This document shows, one piece after another, positions 1-9,957 of a stretch of 64,000 bases of DNA. A model generated the notes under the pieces. It was not told the DNA's origin, did no database searches, and was given only the letters and a program-made list of their open reading frames with translations. Made by a program: the position numbers and the translations under genes. The DNA comes from an uncultured Verrucomicrobiae bacterium (lineage in GTDB: Bacteria; Chlamydiota; Chlamydiia; Chlamydiales; Rhabdochlamydiaceae). Each line of letters begins with the position of its first letter. Within the stretch, counting starts at the first letter, position 1. The stretch covers positions 64,001 through 128,000 of the forward strand of contig CAWDYW010000002.1 in assembly GCA_963806855.1 (NCBI GenBank). The letters run 5' to 3'.

Positions 1-280
1 CATATTCCCTTAGAGAGTCTACAATTATCTCTCTTAGTTGAAAAAAATGTTTTAGTATTTCTTTTTCTATATTGGGATCTTGTAACATTTCATCTAGCTC
101 TTTATCAATTTTCCTTAGCTCATCGAAAAGGGAATGAACTGAGATTGTTGGAGTTTGCGGATCTTGGTGCTGATTCTCGTTCAAACTTTTGAGAGAAGAT
201 TCTTTACCCACTTTTAACTCATCTGCATTGCAGACAGAACATATTAGTTTTAAAATGCACATGCAAAAAGCTTTTATCAT
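1..280 (-). CDS. Hypothetical protein, partial (runs off the left edge)
   Basis: Read manually: ATG at 280, open frame MIKAFCMCILKLICSVCNADELKVGKESS...LREIIVDSLREY to the window edge; not in the ORF track because it has no stop in the window. Confidence 0.55.
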   Translation of the reverse strand, partial: MIKAFCMCILKLICSVCNADELKVGKESSLKSLNENQHQDPQTPTISVHSLFDELRKIDKELDEMLQDPNIEKEILKHFFQLREIIVDSLREY

Positions 281-439
281 AAATATTGCTACCTAATAAA
301 TAAACTTAGAATAATTTTTCAACTAAGACTCCCAATTTTCTTTGTCTTCCAGATCGAGTAAGGGGAATCCCAATCTTTCTCGAAATTCGAGCCTTGAAAG
401 CCGAAATCCCTATAAATCTCCTCCAGGAGAAGCCACCTT

Positions 440-898
440 TTATTCATCTGATAAATTTTCCATTTCAAGATTAGCTGCATCAGTATATACTGCTAACTCT
501 TTCATAACTTTTTCTTGAGCATTCATAAATTTTTCTGTCTGATACGAGCTTTTGATTTTAAAAATTAAAAATTCATGAGACAACATATCAACCATTTTAA
601 GTTCATCCAGAGATTGAGCTTTCGGATTTTTTTCAATCGCTTTGGCAACTAAAGACAATATTTTGCTTTGATTATCTAAAAAATTGATGGCTCCCTGATA
701 CAGTTCTTTAATATCTGAATTTTTATGACTTGAAAACTTTCCCAAAGCCATACGAACCTCCTCGTATGACTTTTCCATTTCTTTTATTCCTCGATGTAAT
801 AACTTGAGATCATACTTTTTTGTACCTAAGATGTCATTATCAGTCAGTGGATCGAGTTTTTCTTCTATTAATTGTAATATTTCGATTTTATCTTGCAA
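440..898 (-). CDS. Hypothetical helical protein; true start probably upstream (about 1099-1111)
   Basis: 152-aa ORF; the same frame stays open upstream (IKKETAAINLFVIAFLLASELSAAP, signal-peptide-like) up to a TAA three codons after an ATG at 1111. Confidence 0.55.
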   Translation of the reverse strand: MQDKIEILQLIEEKLDPLTDNDILGTKKYDLKLLHRGIKEMEKSYEEVRMALGKFSSHKNSDIKELYQGAINFLDNQSKILSLVAKAIEKNPKAQSLDELKMVDMLSHEFLIFKIKSSYQTEKFMNAQEKVMKELAVYTDAANLEMENLSDE

Positions 899-1157
899 AT
901 CTAAAAGCTTCCGATAATCTTCAAAAGAGTTGATTTCGAAAGGATTTGATCTAGGACTATCATTGGCATATGACTTTGCCCCACAACTTTTTGTTGAACA
1001 AGATATGTGATTGTAACTCTTTCTTGGAGCCGCACTAAGTTCGCTTGCTAAAAGAAATGCTATTACAAATAAATTGATTGCTGCTGTTTCTTTTTTAATT
1101 TAATTAAACATGTTTTTCCATACATTTATTTAGTGTGATTTGATTTATTCTAATCAT

Positions 1158-2225
1158 TTAATCCCTATGATATGTTTCAAATTCTCGGTATTTATATAAG
1201 TCAGCTTGGTTCAGTGAAGGCCTGAATTGGGAAGCTTCCTCAACGAGCAAATTCATTGAAATCAAAGTATTGTCTTGCAAAGCCTTCAAAGATGCATTGT
1301 TTACGATTAGCTTCAAATCAGAGGAGATCAGCCCTTCGGTCATCTTAGTTAGCACATCGAAATCGATATCATTATCGGTGGGCCTTTCTTCCAAGAGGAG
1401 ATGAAATAGCTCGTGTCTTGCCTCTATATCAGGCGGAGGAATAAAGATTCTTTTGTCCATTCGTCCAGAGCGAAGAATCGCGGGATCTATTCTTTCGGGG
1501 AAGTTGGTAGCTCCGATGACCAGCACCTTCTTCTTGACACTGCCTTCGATATGCATAAGGAATTCACTGATCTCTGCTTCGCGGTATTGTTCGTGAGAAG
1601 AAAGGCCGTCTCTTCTTGGCATGAGACCGGAAATTTCGTCTACAAAAAGCACGCATGGAGCAATCTGTTCAGCCTTCCGGAAAGACTGCACGATATTGTT
1701 CGATGTTGCATGAATGTAAGGGCTGCCTACAGTTCCTTCGCTCATTTCAATTAGTTCTGCTTTAAGAGCTTCCGCTAATTTCTTCGCTATGAATGTTTTG
1801 CCGCAGCCTGGAGGCCCGAAGAACAGGATCCCGTTGGAAGGGGTGACTCCGTATTTTTCATATGCTTCCCAGTTCAGGAACGGCTGGATCACATCCCTTA
1901 TAAGAGTCTTTTTGAGCTCCGACATACCGGCGATAGCATCCAATCCTCTTCTTTGAAGGAGATTTTTAAGTCTTTCCGGAATATCTCCTTCTTTATGATC
2001 AGGATATCTCTTCCCGATAATCTCCAAGCCGGCAGCAAATAGAACTTCATGGGGGATTTCGCGCTTTTTCAATTTTTTCACAACCTCATCTTCTTGGAAG
2101 AGATAAAGATATTCGGTCGAGTCAAGAAGGAATACTTCTACAAATTGTTGCTTATCAACCCTTTTAAGGACCTTAGCACCGCCAGGCAGGATCCACCCGG
2201 GAGGAAAAGAAGGTTTAACGTTCAT
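1158..2225 (-). CDS. AAA+ ATPase (CDC48/FtsH-like single AAA module)
   Basis: Walker A GPPGCGKT, Walker B LFVDE, sensor/SRH ATNFPERIDPAILRSGRMD. Confidence 0.92.
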   Translation of the reverse strand: MNVKPSFPPGWILPGGAKVLKRVDKQQFVEVFLLDSTEYLYLFQEDEVVKKLKKREIPHEVLFAAGLEIIGKRYPDHKEGDIPERLKNLLQRRGLDAIAGMSELKKTLIRDVIQPFLNWEAYEKYGVTPSNGILFFGPPGCGKTFIAKKLAEALKAELIEMSEGTVGSPYIHATSNNIVQSFRKAEQIAPCVLFVDEISGLMPRRDGLSSHEQYREAEISEFLMHIEGSVKKKVLVIGATNFPERIDPAILRSGRMDKRIFIPPPDIEARHELFHLLLEERPTDNDIDFDVLTKMTEGLISSDLKLIVNNASLKALQDNTLISMNLLVEEASQFRPSLNQADLYKYREFETYHRD

Positions 2226-2227
2226 TA

Positions 2228-4069
2228 TTATTCTTCCTCATCGTTAGCGTGTTCTATAACATATCGGGCTATCTGCTTATCAGAATAGCCTTCCTTTCGA
2301 ATGTTATTTAGGATTTTTGGTTCATTTTTCTGCAGATATTCGATAACTTCTTTTTCTTCTCTAGTTAGTGACTGGTTGGAAGGTGTTGAACATGAAATGG
2401 CCGAAGGTGAGCTAGTTTTATCTGCCCGGTGTGGCTTAGACTTATCACTGCTCAGGCTTACCAGAAAATACAAAACGATTGCTCCACTCCATCCAACCCA
2501 CTTCCATATCTTTTTTTGGGAATTTTTTCGAAGCCGACGAGACAAGATGCCATAGCACACAGACATTCCTAAAAATTTAATAATTGTTTGTGTGTCTTCA
2601 TCTATCTGCTTGTTAGCTATTTTTTCAAATGCTTTTTCACTGATTTCATGATAGTTACTTAGCATTGTAATTTCACAGGTATTTAAGGAATCTGATATTT
2701 CCTTTACCATTCTTATAATCTCAGTTCTGTCGCAGGAGGGATTTATAAAATTCAGTAAATATAGTCGGTCTGTGAGGGTTTCAGTTACATATTCAAAGGT
2801 TTGTGTAGCAAGCCTGCTAAACGCAAGTGTTTTGATCCCGAATAGTTTATTGTCGGAAAATTTGTGTCCTAGCTGAATTGTTTGAGAACAAAATACAATA
2901 AGTATATTGATCCTTTCATCTTTAATTGCCTCATCTTCTAGCTTTGATAGATCGTTATCCAATTTTAGGTAGGCACTTTTGGCCTCCTCGAACTTGGCTG
3001 AAGTAATTAAGTTCTTAATTATTTCAAATCTATGGTAAATGTTTTTCCATAACTCATTTTCTTTGATTTGTTTTTTATCTGACTCGATTTTAGAAATGAT
3101 TGTATCTGATAAAGCAATGCTTGTAATTTTCTCGAGAAATAAAAGTGCTAATTCATCATTTCCATCCTGTTTATAAATACCAATTGAAATAGATCTTAGT
3201 TTTTCTGAGGAATTATTTCTTAAGACAATAAAGGGTGAAAATTCATTGAGTTTGAATTTATCCAGATCATCGAAATAGCTCCTGATTTTGGTGAGTGCAT
3301 TTTCTGCAGCCTCTGTGACACTCTCTTTATTTGAAGCTTTTTTCTCTAAATCTTCTATTTCTTTATTTATCTTTAAGATAATAGGCTGAAAGACTTCAGA
3401 GTCTATGGATTTTCCGACTAGACCAAATGTCGAATATAATATGCCAATGGCATCTGGATTTTTAGTCCAACGGTAGAAACCAGACGCATTTGCTGACAGA
3501 ATTTCACCGATGGAGCCTCTGAATTCAGTGAATAATAAAGAAGAAGTCCCTAGTTCATCATGGAGGAGGTAGTATTTTTCATAGAAATTCCAGAAGTCTT
3601 CTGATTTCGTGATCCATTTCCATAGCTCCATTGAACGGGAATAGCTGCCTAAGTCAGAAAAAGCATAGGCATTTAGTAGTAAAGTCAAGGCCAAATTTTT
3701 ACAGGTTAGCCAATCTACATCTTCCTGTTCTCTTGCCTCAAGAATATCAAGAGCTCCCGGGTAATTTCCATTGGAGATTAGTGAAATGGCTTTCTGGCTA
3801 TCCGTAGTGTGAACATCAAACCAGAAAAAAAACTCTATAAGACGCTCTTTGATATTGGAGATTTTTTCGAAAGCCAACCTGACTTCGCTTTCATTCCGGA
3901 GCTCATGAGCAGGGCCGATATCAATATCGTATTTCTGTATCTCTTCAATTTTGGCAAGTTGTAGGAGTTGCTGGAATCTTTTTCGGGTTTCTTTGAGTGT
4001 TGAGGAAGAAGGAAGGCCTAAGATGTTGAATGAATTTCTTATCAGAGTTTGAGGCAGCTGAGCCGTCAT
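2228..4069 (-). CDS. Helical/TPR-like protein with an N-terminal J-domain-like region (no HPD) and a C-terminal transmembrane helix
   Basis: N-term NSFNILGLPSSSTLKETRKRFQQL resembles J-domain helices I-II; hydrophobic WVGWSGAIVLYFLVSL near the C-terminus; ATGA overlap with the upstream Hsp70 gene. Confidence 0.7.
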   Translation of the reverse strand: MTAQLPQTLIRNSFNILGLPSSSTLKETRKRFQQLLQLAKIEEIQKYDIDIGPAHELRNESEVRLAFEKISNIKERLIEFFFWFDVHTTDSQKAISLISNGNYPGALDILEAREQEDVDWLTCKNLALTLLLNAYAFSDLGSYSRSMELWKWITKSEDFWNFYEKYYLLHDELGTSSLLFTEFRGSIGEILSANASGFYRWTKNPDAIGILYSTFGLVGKSIDSEVFQPIILKINKEIEDLEKKASNKESVTEAAENALTKIRSYFDDLDKFKLNEFSPFIVLRNNSSEKLRSISIGIYKQDGNDELALLFLEKITSIALSDTIISKIESDKKQIKENELWKNIYHRFEIIKNLITSAKFEEAKSAYLKLDNDLSKLEDEAIKDERINILIVFCSQTIQLGHKFSDNKLFGIKTLAFSRLATQTFEYVTETLTDRLYLLNFINPSCDRTEIIRMVKEISDSLNTCEITMLSNYHEISEKAFEKIANKQIDEDTQTIIKFLGMSVCYGILSRRLRKNSQKKIWKWVGWSGAIVLYFLVSLSSDKSKPHRADKTSSPSAISCSTPSNQSLTREEKEVIEYLQKNEPKILNNIRKEGYSDKQIARYVIEHANDEEE

Positions 4070-6552
4070 AAAGTAATCCCCGATTTTACAAATGTGACAA
4101 TTGGAGTTCCTTCCTCATTTGAAAATACGCCAAGAGCAAAGTATGCTTCCTGCATTTCTCTAACATTTGACTCGGCTACAGAAATTTTTGCTTTACTGAT
4201 TACATCTGAAACAGAAGGATGAAGATCCGCCTTCTTTTGTACCTTCTCAATTTCACTTTGAAGCCACTGAGCTAATATGCGTTTGTCGTTTAATTGGCAT
4301 TTTAAATGCAATTGATTCAGTTTTTGAACAATATGTTCTATCCATATTGCATCTTGCTTGGAAATAGCAGCTAGTCCGTCTTGATGGAGGGTATTAAAAG
4401 TCGCTTCGTATTCAGCGCATTTTTCCTGTGGGGAACAGTCTTTTAGGTACTCTGTCAAATCCTGGCATATTTGTCCAAAATCAGCTATGTTGCTAGTGAG
4501 TTTGGTTTTTGCCTCAATTTGGTCTAAGACTACCATCAGATCTTTTACTTGCTTTTCCGCTTTTCTGTATTGATCAGAATCTTGACCTGCACCACCAATA
4601 GTAGATTTAATATCGTCAATCATTTTTTCCGTGAATCTGGTTGCATTAGTCAGCTCCTCCGAGGGTGTCATAGATTCAAAGCGTGAAATTTGCTCTGAAA
4701 AGTCCTTCTCTACTTGATCAATCTTAGCTACGTCAAAATAAAGGGTTTCCCTTGCATTAAGAGTAATATCGGGTTCAGGAAGGTAAGCAGTTACACTAAG
4801 TTCTCTTGATTCATTGATCTCGATGGAGATGTCTACCGGTGAACCTCTTTTCAGGTCTTTGAAAATTGCTTTTCCTGTAATGGCCAGATGGCAAACCAAG
4901 GTGTTTCTGTTTGTGATGGGAGATTCACCTTCATAAATGCAGATTGGGAGGGCATTCTCGGAAGAGCCAGCTTTCAGATCGGCCAAGGTATGGAAGCGCT
5001 TTTTGCCCTTGAGAGGGAGGATTGAGTTTTTAGAGAAGAAGAACTCCATAGTTTCCGTAGGATCCGCATAGCCTTTGTGAGAAGATAGGGAAATGACAGA
5101 TACTCCTATTGAGTAGGGGAGGGGAGCTCCCAAAATAGAAACCCCTCTGTTGATTAGAATGCCTTCTGGAGATGAGGTAATTAGACGCCCGCTGCTCTCT
5201 TTCACATAAATCCAGTATTGCATCCCTTTTTCGCCTGTCGGAAGAGTTAAGATGAATTTTTCATTACGGATCAAAATTTCCTCTGAAGCGAAGGAGCTGT
5301 CGGAGCTTATAAACTGGATGGAATGGGGTTGCGAATCTTCAGCAAAACGAAGAACTCTTCCTGTGATGGTTTGGTCATCATCTGATGTTACTGGATTATA
5401 ATTTACTTCGATCTGGCAAGAAGCAGCTGTCATGCGGGCATTTTCTTCATAGCTTAATGCAGCAGGGGCAGATGTTTGATTGCCATACATTGTAGCCCCC
5501 CTCGCAACAACGGTGAGGGGATCAAGGCTTCCATCCACATTGATTTGCAATGAATCTTTTATAAAGTCTTGTAAGATTGGCATCTGGGTTGGGCCTCCAA
5601 CAAAGACAATCTTTTGAACTGTCGTAGGATCAACCATTGCATCGCTAATAGTCTTCCTACAGAGATCGACTGTTTTATCAAGCAAATATCTGCAACTTTC
5701 TAGAAGATCTTCACGCGAAATTTCAATGGAGTGTTCAACACGTGTTTGATTTATCTCAATATCGATATCGATTGTTGTTTTATTAATGGAAGTAAGCTCA
5801 ATTTTTGCAGATTCTGCAAGCTCTTTTAAATAACTGAAGATTTGAGAGTGAGTTGATGGATCAAGAGAAATTCCTTTGGCGGAAAGAGAAGGTAAGATTA
5901 AAGTTTGTATGATTGAAGCATCAAAATCTTTTCCACCCAAGAAATTGTCTCCAGCATGGGCAAGCACGGTCAGGTATCCATCACGAGATGCTACTAGAGC
6001 AACGTCGAAGGTGCCCCCACCAAGATCGTAAACAAGCCAATTTTCATCCTTTTTATTTAGAAATCCATAAGCAATTGCAGCCGCAATTGGCTCTTGGAGA
6101 AGAACTATTTGCTTGAAGCCCGATAAGACTCCTGCCCTCTTTGTAGCCTCGGATTGAACTGTAGAAAAATAGGCAGGAACAGTAATTACGGCTGCATCTA
6201 ATAAAGTACCTGGATATTTTCTCTGGACATCGCCTCTAAGGGCTTTAAGGATTTCTGCAGAAACTTCTTCAGGAAGCATGTTTTTCTTTAGATTTGGAAA
6301 GAAAATAGTTTCTCCTGTTCCCATAAGGCGCTTGATTTCAGCTTTGCTATTTTGCAGGTTCTCTTTTGAGTTATTCATAACCCTCTTTGCCTTCGAACCC
6401 ACCACAATATTTCCATTTCTATCTACGAAAACAACAGAAGGAGTACTTTCTTCCCCTAAGGGATTCTTAATTATTTGCACTTCATTTTGGTGGAGTATTG
6501 CTACAGACGAATTTGTAGTACCTAAATCGATTCCTATTTGAATAGTTGACAT
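4066..6552 (-). CDS. Atypical Hsp70-family protein (828 aa), not the housekeeping DnaK
   Basis: GIDLGTTNS, AVITVPAYF, QEPIAAAIAYG, VYDLGGGTFDV, GDNFLGGKDFD, FVGGPTQMP; divergent, extended C-terminal half. Confidence 0.93.
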   Translation of the reverse strand: MSTIQIGIDLGTTNSSVAILHQNEVQIIKNPLGEESTPSVVFVDRNGNIVVGSKAKRVMNNSKENLQNSKAEIKRLMGTGETIFFPNLKKNMLPEEVSAEILKALRGDVQRKYPGTLLDAAVITVPAYFSTVQSEATKRAGVLSGFKQIVLLQEPIAAAIAYGFLNKKDENWLVYDLGGGTFDVALVASRDGYLTVLAHAGDNFLGGKDFDASIIQTLILPSLSAKGISLDPSTHSQIFSYLKELAESAKIELTSINKTTIDIDIEINQTRVEHSIEISREDLLESCRYLLDKTVDLCRKTISDAMVDPTTVQKIVFVGGPTQMPILQDFIKDSLQINVDGSLDPLTVVARGATMYGNQTSAPAALSYEENARMTAASCQIEVNYNPVTSDDDQTITGRVLRFAEDSQPHSIQFISSDSSFASEEILIRNEKFILTLPTGEKGMQYWIYVKESSGRLITSSPEGILINRGVSILGAPLPYSIGVSVISLSSHKGYADPTETMEFFFSKNSILPLKGKKRFHTLADLKAGSSENALPICIYEGESPITNRNTLVCHLAITGKAIFKDLKRGSPVDISIEINESRELSVTAYLPEPDITLNARETLYFDVAKIDQVEKDFSEQISRFESMTPSEELTNATRFTEKMIDDIKSTIGGAGQDSDQYRKAEKQVKDLMVVLDQIEAKTKLTSNIADFGQICQDLTEYLKDCSPQEKCAEYEATFNTLHQDGLAAISKQDAIWIEHIVQKLNQLHLKCQLNDKRILAQWLQSEIEKVQKKADLHPSVSDVISKAKISVAESNVREMQEAYFALGVFSNEEGTPIVTFVKSGITL

Positions 6553-6831
6553 AAAAACCTTATTTAAAATTTTATTAAATTATTAATTCAGATAATAATA
6601 ATTGATAATTACATTAAAAATCTACTCGTAATTATTTTTTTTCGGCCCTTGGGATTTGCGTTATCAACAAGGAATTGTCAAATATTTTATCAAAGTTTTC
6701 ATAAAGGCTCTGGATTTAAATGCTGCTGAAACCAGGCTAAATTGAGGTTCATCGAATCAAGTTGCATTTTGGGATCCACTAAACAATGCTCCTCAAAGTT
6801 GAATTTGATCCCAGCCCAACTGCAAATAGGA

Positions 6832-7374
6832 TTAACTAAAATAGACTCGCACAAATCTTTCGCAACGTTCAGAAAAATTAGCATTAAACCCATCTGCTAT
6901 CTTCTTAGAGAAATTAGGTTCAAATTGGTATTTAGCAAGGCTGTGATACAATTGATGCCCTTCTGTGGTTAATTCAACATGGCATTCGGCGACCTTAATA
7001 GATTTATCTGTAAGAAATGATATTTCTTCGCCAATTGTTCCGACCACATCTTTAATATACTTTTTCAAATCCCCAGCAGGACAGAACTGATTGGAAAACA
7101 ATTTCCCATCCTTAAAAGCATTTTCACAGTATTCTTTTATTTTTTCTGCTGTCATCGTTTTTTTGCAGTCGCTAGGAAGAAAATCGTCAAAAGTTGGGAT
7201 ATTAAATGTTGATGTCTGGCTCATCGATAAATGGATCCCGCCTATCATAGCAAGCGCCCCAAAAACTACCTGGTACTTCCCCATGCTATTTCCTGCATGC
7301 CAATTCTTTAATCCTTTGTAAGCAACATATGCTCCGCCGAATGTAACTGCAGTTGATAAATTTACAAAACTCAT
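6832..7374 (-). CDS. Hypothetical membrane protein with two N-terminal hydrophobic segments and a Cys-containing C-terminal domain
   Basis: 180-aa ORF with GAGG RBS; hydrophobic segments AVTFGGAYVAY and VVFGALAMIGGI. Confidence 0.65.
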   Translation of the reverse strand: MSFVNLSTAVTFGGAYVAYKGLKNWHAGNSMGKYQVVFGALAMIGGIHLSMSQTSTFNIPTFDDFLPSDCKKTMTAEKIKEYCENAFKDGKLFSNQFCPAGDLKKYIKDVVGTIGEEISFLTDKSIKVAECHVELTTEGHQLYHSLAKYQFEPNFSKKIADGFNANFSERCERFVRVYFS

Positions 7375-7567
7375 ATAATCTCATTTGTTAATTTTAAATA
7401 TATATTATTGTAGCATAAACACACGGTAGTTAGCAATAAGCAATAAATTAGATAAATAATAATATTGACAGTTTTAATCTTCCATGGCGTTGTTGCACAA
7501 ATAGCTACGGATGAGGATCTTGCTTGCCTTTAGTCCAAAGCTTTACATAACTGTTCCATTTACTTGA

Positions 7568-7984
7568 TTATCTTAGATTTTTTCTTAGGAATATTTTTGA
7601 ATGACCATGCCAATAATTCTTTAATTCCCCTATCCGTTCATAGCCGTTTTTTAAATAAAATTCTTCCGCTTGAAAGTCCCAAGTATCCACTAGAGAAAAA
7701 ATGCATCCATTTTTAATGGCTTCTCGTTCTACTGCATCTAGCAATTTTGTGCCGTATCCTTGTTTTTGGAGATTTCCTTCAACCCACAATACGTCGATGT
7801 AGACTGATTCCGTATCTAAAAATGCTTGTATCCCGCCGAAAACTTTTCCCGAATCATTTTTCAAAAAAATGGAAAATGCTTTATCTCGCTCACCTACTAT
7901 ATTCTCATTGGATGCAATGATACCTTCTCTTACAACGGCATTATCAGCCTGACTAGGCGCATAATCGACGACTACTTTGTACAT
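7568..7984 (-). CDS. GNAT-family N-acetyltransferase
   Basis: YIDVLWV, acetyl-CoA motif QKQGYGTKLL, TWDFQAEEFYLKNGY. Confidence 0.92.
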   Translation of the reverse strand: MYKVVVDYAPSQADNAVVREGIIASNENIVGERDKAFSIFLKNDSGKVFGGIQAFLDTESVYIDVLWVEGNLQKQGYGTKLLDAVEREAIKNGCIFSLVDTWDFQAEEFYLKNGYERIGELKNYWHGHSKIFLRKNLR

Positions 7985-8006
7985 ATTTCAACGGTGGATC
8001 TATTGA

Positions 8007-8052
8007 AAAATGGGGCAACCTGGGATTGAACCAGGGACCGACGGGTTATGAG
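8007..8052. repeat. att direct repeat (distal copy of the tRNA(CAT) 3' half)
   Basis: aaaatggggcaacctgggattgaaccagggaccgacgggttatgag is identical over 46 bp to 21219-21264. Confidence 0.97.
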
Positions 8053-8171
8053 GGAGGGAGAATCCCATTTCCACTAGCGCCATCCAACATTTATGAGCAT
8101 AAGTATAAAAGACTTGTTTAATGGATGCAACCGGTTTTTATTGGATCGGATTGGTGAAAATTGATGCACCG

Positions 8172-8190
8172 TGCACCGCCATTGCACCAT
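8172..8190 (+). promoter_or_regulatory. Putative integrase arm-type binding site (TGCACC repeats)
   Basis: tgcaccgccattgcaccat is identical to 21122-21140 at the other end of the element; extra TGCACC at 8165-8170. Confidence 0.6.
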
Positions 8191-8252
8191 TAAAAATTTT
8201 GATCTATGATGCAATTATGGCCTTTATCAATAGAGAAAAGAGAGAGGATTAG

Positions 8253-9092
8253 ATGGCAAAACATCCATTAGCGGAAGTTTTCGGGTTTCCGACTGACAAT
8301 TTTTCTGAAGAAGCAATTCGTCATCGAGAGCATCGGCTTTGTCCATTTAATAATCGCATACCAAATTGCACTAAGGTTAGCGCTGAAAATCCCTTAGGTG
8401 TCTGTAGTATTTTTTCTAAAGCAGAAACACCTGTAATTACTTGCCCTATTCGATTTAGAGAAGATTGGCAGATAGCTTCAGATGCTGCAAACTTCTTTTT
8501 TCCTTTAGGAACTAAATGGACTTCGTTAACCGAAGTCGCTCTGCTAGACAAGCATAATCGAGAGGCAGGTAATATTGATGTCGTATTGGTTTCATATGAT
8601 GAGAATCATATTGTTACTGGTTATGGAGCTCTTGAAATTCAGGCTGTTTATGTGTCTGGAAATATTCGAAATCCTTTTGCTTGCTATATGAATAATCCGG
8701 TTGAGCAATTTGATATGGATTGGTCTAAACAAAAGCATTATCCCCGGCCAGACTATTTGTCATCCTCACGAAAACGATTAGGTCCACAACTTCTTTTTAA
8801 AGGGGGGATTTTACATTCATGGGGAAGAAGGATGGCTGTGGCGATGGATCGGAATTTTTATGAAACGTTGCCACCCCTCAAAGAAGTTGATAGAATAGAA
8901 GCTGAAATAGCTTGGCTAGTATATGAATTGCGTTTCTGTGCTGAAAAACAACGATATCGGTTAGCATTGCATCAAATTTTATACACAAAATTTGAATCAG
9001 CCTTACATCAATTTACGCACTCCGAAGCTGGAAATGAGTTTCAGTTTTTAGAAACACTTCAGAAAAATCTCAAGCAAAGGTTAGGATTGTGA
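8253..9092 (+). CDS. NotI-family restriction endonuclease
   Basis: AEVFGF, Cys4 metal site (CPF...CTK...GVCS...CPIRF), GNIDVVLV...ALEIQAVY, PRPDYLSSSRKRL.PQL. Confidence 0.85.
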   Translation: MAKHPLAEVFGFPTDNFSEEAIRHREHRLCPFNNRIPNCTKVSAENPLGVCSIFSKAETPVITCPIRFREDWQIASDAANFFFPLGTKWTSLTEVALLDKHNREAGNIDVVLVSYDENHIVTGYGALEIQAVYVSGNIRNPFACYMNNPVEQFDMDWSKQKHYPRPDYLSSSRKRLGPQLLFKGGILHSWGRRMAVAMDRNFYETLPPLKEVDRIEAEIAWLVYELRFCAEKQRYRLALHQILYTKFESALHQFTHSEAGNEFQFLETLQKNLKQRLGL

Positions 9093-9117
9093 ATATAAAC
9101 AAGCTAAACACAAAAAT

Positions 9118-9957
9118 ATGTCAGTAAATATAACAGCAGTTCCTCAAAGGAGCCCATTTCGATATCCCGGTGGAAAAACTTGGTTAGTTCCGAAGCTAAG
9201 AAACTGGTTAAATTCTTTATCATTTAAACCAAAGCTTTTCATCGAGCCATTTGTTGGAGGAGGGATATTAAGTCTAACTGTGGCTTGTGAAAACTTGGCC
9301 GAGCATGTAATTATGGCAGATATTGATGATGATGTTGCAGCTGTTTGGCAAACCATCATTAATGGAGATGGAGAAGAGCTAGCCAACCTCATCAGGCAAT
9401 TCGATCTTTCAATCGATTCATACTATGCAAGAATCAATATAACAGCCTCTAGTAAGATAGAACAAGCATTCCAGACAATTTTGAGAAACCGCGTAGCCCA
9501 CGGTGGAATTCTCGCTCCGGGTGCAGGGATAATCAAAAGCGGGGAAAGTGGCAAAGGAATACGCTCTCGATGGTATCCGGAGACTCTGTATAAAAGAATA
9601 TTGGAAATTAGTGCTGAAAGAAAAAAAATCACTTTTATTCAACAAGATGCATTTCAAGTATTGGGGACTTATTTTCACCAGAAAGAGGCAGTCTGGCTCT
9701 TAGATCCACCTTATACTCTTGGGAACAAAAAGGCTGGACGACGACTATATAAACATAGTGAAATTGATCACGATAAGTTATTCGAGTTTGCTTCTAATTT
9801 GAGTGCTGAATTTTTAATGACTTATGAAAATGATGAAAAGGTGGTTGAATTAGCTTTAAAACGAAATTTTGATATTCTACCGATCTCAATGAAAAGTCGA
9901 CAACATGCTGAAATGACCGAATTGCTAATTGGGCGCAATCTTGATTGGGCTCGATAA
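9118..9957 (+). CDS. D12-class (Dam-like) N6-adenine DNA methyltransferase
   Basis: SPFRYPGGK, FIEPFVGGG (SAM binding), LDPPY catalytic motif. Confidence 0.92.
   Translation: MSVNITAVPQRSPFRYPGGKTWLVPKLRNWLNSLSFKPKLFIEPFVGGGILSLTVACENLAEHVIMADIDDDVAAVWQTIINGDGEELANLIRQFDLSIDSYYARINITASSKIEQAFQTILRNRVAHGGILAPGAGIIKSGESGKGIRSRWYPETLYKRILEISAERKKITFIQQDAFQVLGTYFHQKEAVWLLDPPYTLGNKKAGRRLYKHSEIDHDKLFEFASNLSAEFLMTYENDEKVVELALKRNFDILPISMKSRQHAEMTELLIGRNLDWAR

Noticed and set aside
4066..6552. Housekeeping dnaK
   Set aside because: Too long and divergent in the C-terminal half; no hrcA/grpE context or CIRCE; accessory neighbourhood.
8007..8052. Second tRNA gene
   Set aside because: Only the 3' half from the anticodon loop is present; it is the att duplicate.
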